Assembly: GCA_043818915.1 (NCBI GenBank) | Contig: JBDRFJ010000121.1 | Span: 1 to 32,894 of the forward strand | Origin: Pseudomonadota bacterium | Lineage (GTDB): Bacteria; Desulfobacterota; Desulfobacteria; Desulfobacterales; C00003106 | Length of the DNA: 32,894 bases | Reading direction: 5' to 3' | Position numbers and translations under genes: made by a program | The notes under the pieces: model-generated | The model's input: the letters and a program-made list of their open reading frames with translations, nothing else | Database searches by the model: none | Told to the model about the DNA's origin: nothing | Part shown: in pieces, positions 17,292 through 26,039 of the stretch | How positions within the stretch are numbered: the stretch's first letter is position 1 | Layout: each line of letters starts with the position of its first letter

Positions 17292-17564
17292 ATGGAATTT
17301 CTTTGTCAAACAGAGCTGGCAATTCCACTTGTGCAGGTTGTGTTTCTTTTGCTGTTCAGTACGTTAGCCCTTCTTTTTGGACGGGTGAAGTTAGCGCTTC
17401 TTATAAATTATCTTTTTACCTTTTACTGGGGGTACGTCTTTAATGGCCAGCGGTTGCTTGCTACTAACTTTGAAAACATGAGTAGATTTGTTATCTTTTA
17501 TTTTGTTTTTGGCTTTGCTATCGCCATCTTTGCCTTAATCGGATTTCTTGTACGGTCAGATTAG
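17292..17564 (+). CDS. Small hypothetical membrane protein (3 predicted TM segments)
   Basis: 90-aa hydrophobic ORF that diverges from the TPR gene. There is no competing long ORF, but support is weak. Confidence 0.35.
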   Translation: MEFLCQTELAIPLVQVVFLLLFSTLALLFGRVKLALLINYLFTFYWGYVFNGQRLLATNFENMSRFVIFYFVFGFAIAIFALIGFLVRSD

Positions 17565-17585
17565 CGCTGCTGGCGAGCAGATCTA

Positions 17586-18101
17586 TTAGATTTTGCCCTC
17601 TATCCATATCCTATTAATTTCCTGCTGTATTCTGTAGATATACACAAACATAAAAATAGCCCCTAATAGCCCTAAAAACGGTATAAAATTACCTATAAAC
17701 GCGGTTATTAATCCGATGATGCAATACTTATAAATATTTGATACCTTGAAATAGGTGAGTTGGCATTCACTTTGAGCAGACGCAATTGCCGTTGTATAAA
17801 AGTAGAAAAACACTGCGCCCACAACAGTGCTAAGCAACAGAAACGGAATGATAACGGGATTAGGGGCACCAGGTTGTGAAAGGCCTACGGTGTAGGCAAC
17901 AAACATAACCACAATCGAAGTAGCGAGATACGCAAAAAATATTTTTTGTACCGTTGCAATGCCACGTTTGTTTTTGTCTTTAGTGAAGGCCTCTTTTATC
18001 TCTTGCAAGTTAATATAGAGCCAATAAAAGTAGTAGATTCCCAATGTTATTATAGAAAGCCCCAGAAATGTCCCGAAACTTCTCACCTTGCCTTTTTTCA
18101 T
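17586..18101 (-). CDS. Multi-pass membrane protein with an internally repeated GIY..YW-type motif (DUF4234-like)
   Basis: The N-terminal half (LGLSIITLGIYYFYWLY) and the C-terminal half (IGLITAFIGNFIPFLGLLGAIFMFVYIYRIQQEIN) are hydrophobic repeats. Length is 171 aa. Confidence 0.5.
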   Translation of the reverse strand: MKKGKVRSFGTFLGLSIITLGIYYFYWLYINLQEIKEAFTKDKNKRGIATVQKIFFAYLATSIVVMFVAYTVGLSQPGAPNPVIIPFLLLSTVVGAVFFYFYTTAIASAQSECQLTYFKVSNIYKYCIIGLITAFIGNFIPFLGLLGAIFMFVYIYRIQQEINRIWIEGKI

Positions 18102-18369
18102 GATTTTGCCTTCCCTAATAACTGATGGTTGACCAAAATTATTTCATACCATTATAACTATATAACTTCAAGACGCCAAAAAAGATAACTCTGAAGTAGA
18201 ACCTCAAATGTCATTCGCATAGATGGACGTTAAAATAAGATAATGCAGTCCGCCAAAAAGGTTAAAGTGTTTTTGAATTAAATCCGATTTGCAACTGTAG
18301 TTGTAGTATGTCCTTTCAACCACAATCTATCATAGCACTATCACGCTTCAGTCAAAAAGGAGAAAGTAA

Positions 18370-19494
18370 ATGGGCACTGATAACGTAATCTTTTTAGAGG
18401 TAATAGAGTGGTTTGATGAAACAGGCCAGGAACTGGTGCATAGAATTCCGGAACAAGGTTCAGGTGAGATCAAATTCGGAGCTCAACTCACTGTGCGAGA
18501 GAGTCAGGCGGGTATATTATTCTACAAAGGTAAAGCATGCGAGGCTTTCGGGCCAGGCCGCCATACCCTGAGCACTGCAAATATTCCAGTCCTAACAAAA
18601 ATCCTGGCCCTGCCCTGGGGCATGACCAGTCCACTACGCGCCGAGGTCTATCTCGTCAATATGAAGGTCTTTACCAACCTCAAATGGGGTACACGAGATC
18701 CGGTGGCCTTCAAGGATTCGGAATTAGGACTCATACGGCTCCGAGCCCACGGAGTGTTTAATATCCAGGTAGTCCAGCCTCTCCTGTTTATCAACAGTCT
18801 GGTAGGCACCATGGGCAGATACACCACGGAAGAGATCGAAGAATACCTCCGACTCGTCATTATCTCGCGCCTTAACGACTACCTCGGCGAGCACTTAGAC
18901 AGCATCCTAAATCTTCCCGGAAGTTACGACGAGATCTCCGTAAATCTGCAAAAACGACTGCAAAATGATTTTAGCCACTTTGGACTGGCCTTGACTCACC
19001 TCTATATCACCTCCGTTACACCTCCGGCTGAAGTGCAAGAGGCCATTGACGACATGAGTCGCCTCAGCGTAATTCAGGACCTTGACAAACTGGTAAAGAT
19101 GAAAGCGGCAATGGCCATGGAAAAGGCGGCTGAATCGACCGGCGACGCCGGCGCGGGAATGGGCATGGGATTGGGCTTCATGATGCCGGCCATGTTTGCC
19201 GATATGTTCAGACCACAGAGCGGGGCTGCCGCTGCCTCGCAAGAAATCAAGTGCCCGGACTGCGGTTATGCTATTTCCAAAGATGCCAAGTTCTGTCCAC
19301 ACTGCGGTCACCAGCAGTTGGTTTTTGGTCAGTGCGTCAACTGCGGCAAGAATATGCCGCCCAACGCCGAATTTTGCCCCAAGTGCGGTCACCCGGCAGA
19401 CGAAAAGCCTGTTCCCAAAGCCTGCCCCCATTGCAAGGCCGAAAATCTGGCCGGCTCTATGTTCTGTAATCAGTGTGGGGAAAAGTTAGGATAA
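18370..19494 (+). CDS. SPFH/band-7-like protein with C-terminal tandem zinc ribbons (YdjI-like, COG4260 'putative virion core protein' family)
   Basis: The N-terminal region (FYKGKACEAFGPGRHTL...PLRAEVYLVNMKVFTNLKWGT) resembles the Bacillus subtilis YdjI family pattern (RAEV.FVN.K.FT..WGT). A Gly/Met-rich linker (GAGMGMGLGFMMPAMF) is followed by four CxxC pairs (CPDCG, CPHCG, CVNCG, CPKCG, CPHCK, CNQCG). Confidence 0.8.
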   Translation: MGTDNVIFLEVIEWFDETGQELVHRIPEQGSGEIKFGAQLTVRESQAGILFYKGKACEAFGPGRHTLSTANIPVLTKILALPWGMTSPLRAEVYLVNMKVFTNLKWGTRDPVAFKDSELGLIRLRAHGVFNIQVVQPLLFINSLVGTMGRYTTEEIEEYLRLVIISRLNDYLGEHLDSILNLPGSYDEISVNLQKRLQNDFSHFGLALTHLYITSVTPPAEVQEAIDDMSRLSVIQDLDKLVKMKAAMAMEKAAESTGDAGAGMGMGLGFMMPAMFADMFRPQSGAAAASQEIKCPDCGYAISKDAKFCPHCGHQQLVFGQCVNCGKNMPPNAEFCPKCGHPADEKPVPKACPHCKAENLAGSMFCNQCGEKLG

Positions 19495-19495
19495 A

Positions 19496-20725
19496 ATGAA
19501 CCTTACGGTTGAGCAAGAGTGTCCCCAGTGTGGAGCGCCTATAGAGCTGGACGAAACCGACCATGTGCTGCGCTGTCCTTATTGTAATGTAAAAAATTTC
19601 CTTTTTGCCCCGGATCATTTTCGTTTTGTGTTACCGCATAAAGCGACCAACAAGGAGATCATTTACGCGCCGTATCTCCGCTTTAGAGGGAATGTCTATT
19701 CTTGCCAGAGCCAGGCTATCCAACACCGCGTCGTTGACATCACACACCTGGGAACAACTTTAAAGGGCCTTCCCGTCTCCCTGGGGGTGAGGCCCCAGGC
19801 CATGAAGATGAAATTCGTCACTCCAGATCTGGCCGGCTCGTTTTTAAAGTCCTCAGTCAGGACAAGCGACATGCTGACCGCGGTCGGGAAGCATGCCTCG
19901 CTTTTTATTTCCGGCAAGACCTTTCACCGCGCCTATATCGGTGAGGCCTTAAGCCTTATCTATCTTCCAGTGTTTTTGGCAAACAACATGATCGTTGACG
20001 CAGTGACCAACAGCCCCATCACGAAACTCCCTTCTGATCACGACATCTTTGAACCAACCGTAATAAATAAAAATCCCAACTGGGGGCTTACCTTTATGGC
20101 CACCCTCTGCCCACAGTGCGGCTGGAATCTGGAAGGTGAAAGGGATAGTGTGGTCTTGACTTGCAGCAACTGCGATACTGCCTGGGAGGCCTCGAAAGGC
20201 AAATTTACCCGGGTGGATACCTCAATAATACCAGGCCGGGGAACAAACACGGTATATATGCCCTTTTGGAAGATATCGGCTACGAGCAAAGGAGTGGAAA
20301 TAAACTCTTACGCCGACTTCATCCAGGTCACCAATCAGCCACTGGTAGCTAAAAAGGATTGGGGAAAACAAGATATGAATTTCTGGAGCCCGGCCTTTAA
20401 AATTCGGCCAAAGATCTTTTTGCACCTGTCAAGGCAACTGACCATCTTGCAGCCAAATTTTCGGGCAGAAAAGGGATCCGCCAAGAACAATCTCTATCCC
20501 GTGACACTGCCCCAAACCGAGGCCGCGCAAGGGATGAAGCTGACTTTGGCAGGATCGGCCACTATCAAAAAGAAGATCATGCCCCTCCTAACGCGTCTCA
20601 ACTTTAACATAAAGGATTCAAGCCTGGTTTATCTTCCATTCACGGACACGGGGCACGATATGGTCCAGCAACAAACGCCGGTCAGTATAAACAAAAAGGC
20701 TTTGGAGTTCGGACGCCATCTGTGA
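19496..20725 (+). CDS. Internally duplicated double zinc-ribbon protein (two CxxC-x~17-CxxC ribbons, each followed by a ~170-aa domain). Possible YdjG-like partner of the SPFH protein.
   Basis: CPQCGAPIELDETDHVLRCPYCN matches CPQCGWNLEGERDSVVLTCSNCD, and the downstream repeats match too (IYAPYLRFRG/VYMPFWKISA, SLIYLPVF/SLVYLPFT). Its start codon lies 2 bp after the stop of 18370-19494, indicating translational coupling. Confidence 0.7.
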   Translation: MNLTVEQECPQCGAPIELDETDHVLRCPYCNVKNFLFAPDHFRFVLPHKATNKEIIYAPYLRFRGNVYSCQSQAIQHRVVDITHLGTTLKGLPVSLGVRPQAMKMKFVTPDLAGSFLKSSVRTSDMLTAVGKHASLFISGKTFHRAYIGEALSLIYLPVFLANNMIVDAVTNSPITKLPSDHDIFEPTVINKNPNWGLTFMATLCPQCGWNLEGERDSVVLTCSNCDTAWEASKGKFTRVDTSIIPGRGTNTVYMPFWKISATSKGVEINSYADFIQVTNQPLVAKKDWGKQDMNFWSPAFKIRPKIFLHLSRQLTILQPNFRAEKGSAKNNLYPVTLPQTEAAQGMKLTLAGSATIKKKIMPLLTRLNFNIKDSSLVYLPFTDTGHDMVQQQTPVSINKKALEFGRHL

Positions 20726-20817
20726 CCATTCCCCCGCCGCCTCTTTAGCAATAGCCTCTTCGATTCCTTTCATAATACCTATTTTCAGAATCATCAACTG
20801 ATAACAGCCTAAGCACC

Positions 20818-21933
20818 TTACTTCTCCCTTGAAGCCGTTGTCGGAAGTACCACCGTGAAGGTGCTGCCTTTGCCTAATTCACTTTCTAATTCTATCCTGC
20901 CGCCAAAGGTTTTCACGATATTATCAATGATGAAGAGCCCCATACCCATACCTTCTTTTTTTGTGGTATAGAAGGCCCCAAAAACTGTCTTTAAATTCTC
21001 TTTAGGTATGCCGGGGCCCGTATCTTGAACAGCTATGTACACACAATTATTATCTGAACTCCCTTTGATAATAATTTTACCCTTCATCCCCTCCATAGCC
21101 TGAGATGCATTGCGAATGAGATTGAGAAATATCTCTTCGAAATGGACATAATTACCTTCAATCTTGGGAATACCTTCATCCAGCTCCTTGATAATCTCTA
21201 TATTAATCAAAAGACGCTTAAACCCGTCTTTTGCCATTTCAATGGAAGCGTCTACTACATTATAGATATCGACTTTTTCCACATGACCAGGTTTGGCAAA
21301 ATCGCTGAGCCGTCCTACAATGTCTGTTGAACGCTTCGCATATTCCTTCGTTTTTATTAAGAGGCCATCTAACTCGGGATCACTAAAGCCCTTCATTTGC
21401 ATGTGCTTAAGGATGCAATCTATGCCAAGGTTGATTCCGGAAATTGTATTGTTGATCTCATGCCCGATACCGGCTGACATTTCAGCAATAGTGATCAATT
21501 TTTCAGATTTGATCAGGCATTGCGTAGCCGCTTCTAAGTCTTCTTTCATTTGATAATATTCAATTGCCTGCTTGATGATAAGTTCTATATCATGCATCGG
21601 CAAATCTTTTCGGATATAACGATAGACATCTCCTTTATTTATCGCATCAACAGCGGCTTCTATGTCAGAATAGGCAGTAATTAAAATCCTTACAATCTTA
21701 GGGTGGGCTTCTTTAATCTGAGTTAACAATTCTACCCCGGACATTTCAGGCATACGTTGATCGGAGATAACCACGGCAATGTCTTCTTTGCTCACAATAT
21801 CCAGGGCCTCGGCGCCGCCTGAAGCAGTGGTCAAATTATAATCTAATTCAAAAGCAAAGATCAGATTCTCCAGATTGTTTAATTCATCATCGACCAATAA
21901 TATCTTGTAGTTCTTATAGTCCAGCTTTGTCAT
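20818..21933 (-). CDS. Hybrid response regulator-histidine kinase (REC plus HisKA-like plus HATPase_c)
   Basis: Receiver region (ILLVDDELNN...VISDQRMPEMSG). H-box-like EMSAGIGHEINNTISGI. ATPase motifs LIRNASQA, DTGPGIP and GMGMGL. Confidence 0.88.
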   Translation of the reverse strand: MTKLDYKNYKILLVDDELNNLENLIFAFELDYNLTTASGGAEALDIVSKEDIAVVISDQRMPEMSGVELLTQIKEAHPKIVRILITAYSDIEAAVDAINKGDVYRYIRKDLPMHDIELIIKQAIEYYQMKEDLEAATQCLIKSEKLITIAEMSAGIGHEINNTISGINLGIDCILKHMQMKGFSDPELDGLLIKTKEYAKRSTDIVGRLSDFAKPGHVEKVDIYNVVDASIEMAKDGFKRLLINIEIIKELDEGIPKIEGNYVHFEEIFLNLIRNASQAMEGMKGKIIIKGSSDNNCVYIAVQDTGPGIPKENLKTVFGAFYTTKKEGMGMGLFIIDNIVKTFGGRIELESELGKGSTFTVVLPTTASREK

Positions 21934-21944
21934 TTTCCCTTCCT

Positions 21945-22015
21945 ATAAATTTTATCAGTCTAACAACGCCCTCTCCCTTGTCGAAGATTCCGAACTCTGA
22001 GCGGGGAAGGGCGAG
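21945..22015 (-). terminator. GC-rich hairpin between the hybrid-kinase stop and the REC-kinase start (weak intrinsic terminator or attenuator)
   Basis: acgccctctccc...gggaagggcgagggtcg forms a stem of about 10 bp. No clean U-tract follows, so the function is uncertain. Confidence 0.3.
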
Positions 22016-22020
22016 GGTCG

Positions 22021-25000
22021 TTACTTCGGCTGCCTGATAGGCAGGACGATGGTGAACTCTGTTCCCTGTCCGGGAATATTATTTACATCGACAGTTCCGT
22101 GGTGAGCTTTAATAATATTATAACAAATACTTAATCCTAAGCCGGAATTTTGACTGTCTTTGGTGGAAAAAAAAGGAGTGAATATCTTGGAAAGGTGTTC
22201 CTGAGGGATGCCCAGGCCATCATCGGCTATGGTGATGGTAACATTATCTTCGTCTTGCGCTGTCTTGATCCGGACCGTGCCCTTCTCTTCCATGGCCTGG
22301 TAGGCATTTATCAGCATATTCATAACAACTTGATTGATTTCTTCCATTCGACACTCTATGTTGGTTATCTCACCGTACTCCTTGTGAACCGTAACCTTGT
22401 TTTTAATCATAGGCAAAACCATGGCAAGGGTGTCGTCAATCCCTTTGTTTATATCAGAAAAAGCAATTCCTTCTTTATTTTTCCGGGAAAAATCAAGCAG
22501 AGAGTTCACAATAAAAAGAGAATGTTTTATGGCCTTATTATTGGTATCTAATGCTCTTTCGAGACTTTTGTACGTATCTTTTATGTCGAGCTTACCTTCC
22601 GAAAGCATGGTCAAACGCTTGTTGATACCATCTAAGCCTGCCCGTAAGCAGTATATGTTGTTTTTTATTTCATGGGCTACACCGGCAGCCAACTGGCCCG
22701 CGGTCTCCAGCCGCGCCGCTTGCACGAGTTGTACTTGTGCTTCCTCAAGTTTATGTAAGGCGTCTTTTAACTCTAAATTGCTTTTGTTTAATTGAGCCTG
22801 AAGCTCTTTTTTCGTTAGTAAGGAATCAACCACCGCGTGCAATTCATTGGGATTGAATGGTTTGGCAACATATTGATCCGCGCCATGTTTCAGGCCCGCA
22901 ATTTTATCATCAATGCTGGTCTTAGCTGTTAATAAGACAAGCGGTATGTGCTGCGTCCGCTCGTCGCTCTTAATCTTTTCGCACAACTCATACCCATCCA
23001 TTTCAGGCATCATCACATCCGATACGATGAGATCAGGCATTTTCTCGTTAACTCTATCCAGCGCTTGTTGACCATTATACGCTACAAATACATGATAGAA
23101 TTTTGTTAGACTTTTAGCGATGTTGCCGGCTAAGTCCCTATTGTCCTCCACTACCAGGACACTTTTTTTCTTTTCACCTGTCCCAGCTACCCCGTTAACT
23201 GTTTCTTCAGAATATTCTATTCCCTGTCCGAGGTCAGAAAATTGTACTTGTAATAAATCAATAGTCTCTCTATCTTCTCCCGTTATCTCGCGTCTGTCCC
23301 AACCTCTTCGCTCTTCTTGACGCCGCTGTTCCTCCCTGCGTTCTACAAACCCGTCGCTTGTCTCAAAAGCCTGTTCGCCTTCAAGTTCGTGACTTTCATA
23401 ATGATCCATGCCTTTCCGTAGATGAACGGTAAACGTTGTGCCTTTGCCCAATTCACTCGTCACATCAACAGATCCATGGTGCAATTCAACAAGCTCCTTC
23501 ACAAGGCACAGCCCAAGGCCTGTCCCTTCGTACTTCCGTGAGTTGGAGCCGTCCACCTGTTGGAATCGATCAAAAATATAAGGCAGGTCCTCTTGAGCAA
23601 TACCGATACCTGTATCATTTATCCGTACCTCAATATGGTCGTTCGCCTCCTTAGTCTTGATTTCTACTTTGCCTCCGCGATCAGTAAACTTTAAGGCATT
23701 ACTTATTAAGTTCGAAAAAACTTTTTCCATCTTATCCGTATCCAAATAAATCTCAATCAATTGATTGTCCGGCTCAAATACTAAGTCAATGCCCATTTCT
23801 TTAGCCCCGATGGAAGAGGCTACGACAACATCTTCCAGGATACTGTTTAAATCTCGCAGGCTGGCCTTAATTCCCATTTTGCCTGCTTCGAGCTTGGAGA
23901 TATCAAGTATTTCGTTAATACGCTTGAGTAATTTTCGGGCATTCCTCAGCATAGCCTTCTTTTCTTCGGTATTCTCAGGATCTAACTGTTCGCCAAACTT
24001 TGATAATACGTTTTGTAGGGGCAGAATTATATTGGTTAAGGGCGTGCGCAACTCATGGCTGACTTTGGCGAAAAATTCATTTTTGAGGGAGTCGAGTTTT
24101 TTTAGTTCCTCGTTAGCGCGTTTCAATTCGTTGGTTCTTTCCTCCACTTTTTGCTCAAGGTTAATATTTAATTCGTTTATTTCTTCATACTTACGACTGT
24201 TCTCAACAGCTACGGCCAGTTGGTTTGCCATGGTTGAAAGCACTTTCAGTTCTTCCCTTGAATAATCGCCGGCACTTTCCTTCTCGGATATAACCATAAA
24301 ACCTGTTAGTTCATGTTCAAATTTTATTGGAATACTTATATATGCCCCGAGCTCGTCAAGCTCCTTTAGTATTGACATATCACTGGGACTGTCTTTACTC
24401 GCTTTCTCATTTTTGACTATTTCATCTGTATCTTGCATGTATTGTACTAACGCACTACTTCCATCGATTTTATAATCCCCTTTATATCTTCCGTAAGATG
24501 ATCTGAGTTCGTATTGTCGATCATTAGTTAACAAATACGTACCAAAGGCATTGGTATCTATAGCACTGGCAATCGTTTCTGTAGTATTTGATAGAAGTTC
24601 TTTAAGGTTTTGCAGGTTGGCAATTTTTCTTGAGAGATCATCTAAAGCTTCTCTGTAATCAAACGCCCCCTTAAAAAGTATATTCTCAAGATTTCTCTGG
24701 GCCTGCACTTTTATCCTGGGAAATATGAAACCAACGAGGACAAATAGAGCACCTAATACAGGGTAATAGAAAACTGGGGCGAAATATTTTTCTGCAATTA
24801 TAACAACACCAAAACAGGGCGTGATAAGTACCAGAAGGACCAGCGAGTACGCAAAGGTCTTCTTGATAATAACTCTAATGTCCATGAGTTGATGCCTGAC
24901 TATGGAGTATGCTATAAGTGATATCCAGGCTAACGCAATAAAATGACCGAATGGATAACTCTCTACACCGCAGTCTGTGGCAACATCTGCACCCCCGACA

Positions 25001-25548
25001 AGACCTATGACGTAGGCAACGAGTAGATATTTTAACCTATTGCGTTCTTTAGCGCCTTCGGCGGTCGCCTTCATCACAAGTAGCAGTTCTCTAAAACTCA
25101 GGACGAAAATCACAACGAAAGTGAGAAAGAATGTTTGAGCACCAACATGGTTTACTTTCGTATGATACCCCCAATAGTAATCATGCAGCCCTGTGACCAA
25201 TTTATCCGTAGTAAGCACCAAAATACAAAAGATAATACTGTTTATGTATAGCAAAACAAGTGTCTTTCTTCTCTCTTCCGCCTTGTGAAGAAAGCTCACC
25301 GTGAAATGATAAAATAACGTCGGGATGAAAACTACGCCCGTATAAAGAAACTTAGCGCACCACAAAGCAAAAGATTTATTTGTTGTCGAATACATCATGA
25401 AATATCCGAACAACCACATGAAGACGCAGAGACATTCGAAAAAAAAGGTGATGTTAGCCGTAGACCTTCTATTTTGCAAAAATACAAATATACCTACCCC
25501 AAAAACTAGCAAACTTGAAATTAAGGGCGGAAGGGAATATATTGTCAT
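22021..25548 (-). CDS. Large hybrid sensor histidine kinase: N-terminal multi-TM sensor (7TMR-DISM-like), GAF-like region, coiled coil, HisKA/HATPase core 1, Glu/Arg-rich linker, REC, second HisKA-like/HATPase core
   Basis: There are 6-7 N-terminal TM helices. Core 1 has FFAKVSHELRTPL, DTGIGIA and GTGLGL. The linker is EERREEQRRQEERRGWDRRE. The receiver region is VLVVEDNRDLAG...DLIVSDVMMPEMDG. Core 2 has GVAHEIKNNIYCL, DDGLGIP and GLGLSI. Confidence 0.9.
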   Translation of the reverse strand: MTIYSLPPLISSLLVFGVGIFVFLQNRRSTANITFFFECLCVFMWLFGYFMMYSTTNKSFALWCAKFLYTGVVFIPTLFYHFTVSFLHKAEERRKTLVLLYINSIIFCILVLTTDKLVTGLHDYYWGYHTKVNHVGAQTFFLTFVVIFVLSFRELLLVMKATAEGAKERNRLKYLLVAYVIGLVGGADVATDCGVESYPFGHFIALAWISLIAYSIVRHQLMDIRVIIKKTFAYSLVLLVLITPCFGVVIIAEKYFAPVFYYPVLGALFVLVGFIFPRIKVQAQRNLENILFKGAFDYREALDDLSRKIANLQNLKELLSNTTETIASAIDTNAFGTYLLTNDRQYELRSSYGRYKGDYKIDGSSALVQYMQDTDEIVKNEKASKDSPSDMSILKELDELGAYISIPIKFEHELTGFMVISEKESAGDYSREELKVLSTMANQLAVAVENSRKYEEINELNINLEQKVEERTNELKRANEELKKLDSLKNEFFAKVSHELRTPLTNIILPLQNVLSKFGEQLDPENTEEKKAMLRNARKLLKRINEILDISKLEAGKMGIKASLRDLNSILEDVVVASSIGAKEMGIDLVFEPDNQLIEIYLDTDKMEKVFSNLISNALKFTDRGGKVEIKTKEANDHIEVRINDTGIGIAQEDLPYIFDRFQQVDGSNSRKYEGTGLGLCLVKELVELHHGSVDVTSELGKGTTFTVHLRKGMDHYESHELEGEQAFETSDGFVERREEQRRQEERRGWDRREITGEDRETIDLLQVQFSDLGQGIEYSEETVNGVAGTGEKKKSVLVVEDNRDLAGNIAKSLTKFYHVFVAYNGQQALDRVNEKMPDLIVSDVMMPEMDGYELCEKIKSDERTQHIPLVLLTAKTSIDDKIAGLKHGADQYVAKPFNPNELHAVVDSLLTKKELQAQLNKSNLELKDALHKLEEAQVQLVQAARLETAGQLAAGVAHEIKNNIYCLRAGLDGINKRLTMLSEGKLDIKDTYKSLERALDTNNKAIKHSLFIVNSLLDFSRKNKEGIAFSDINKGIDDTLAMVLPMIKNKVTVHKEYGEITNIECRMEEINQVVMNMLINAYQAMEEKGTVRIKTAQDEDNVTITIADDGLGIPQEHLSKIFTPFFSTKDSQNSGLGLSICYNIIKAHHGTVDVNNIPGQGTEFTIVLPIRQPK

Positions 25549-26039
25549 TTTTTGGTTTCCTGCTAGAATTCGTGCCTACTTAACACCCGAGGCACATCGC
25601 CAGACGTGTCATCTCATCGGATGCGGCCTCGTATGTCTCAAACTTGCCAAGCCTTAATGTCCAGTGAACTAGGGCAATTCCACAGATCCTGTCCCGGCAA
25701 GTAATTCACAGGATGCATATTCCGAGGCAAGTTCAGCATACCTGATCGGTGTGGCGACAGACAATCGCCTGTCGACCACAAATCCGAATAGGATAAGTCA
25801 CCTTTTGGGCCTGATCTTTCTATCGTCTTCTATTGCTTGAAACTAAAGAAATGTGCGAATCTAGCGTGCTGCCAACATATTTCTATGTCATAGTGAGATT
25901 TAAACGTCAAAAGAGTGACTAGGGTTATTTGAGCATTCCGCGTTAGGGACTGAGGGTTGAGAAGGTAATGGCCTCGTGAACTAACAGTTTATCGCACACT
26001 CAAGATCGGGAATGCTCTCATGACATTTCACAAATTGTC

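Noticed and set aside
18907-19431. 174-aa minus-strand ORF and the 19196-19489 plus ORF overlapping the zinc-ribbon tail of the SPFH gene
   Set aside because: The Gly/Ala/Cys-rich coding region produces long open frames in other frames. The SPFH frame carries the conserved CxxC pairs.
23765-24265. 166-aa plus-strand ORF (Ser-rich) inside the large hybrid kinase
   Set aside because: It is antisense to the HisKA/coiled-coil region, and its low-complexity S/L-rich translation is typical of reverse-strand artefacts.
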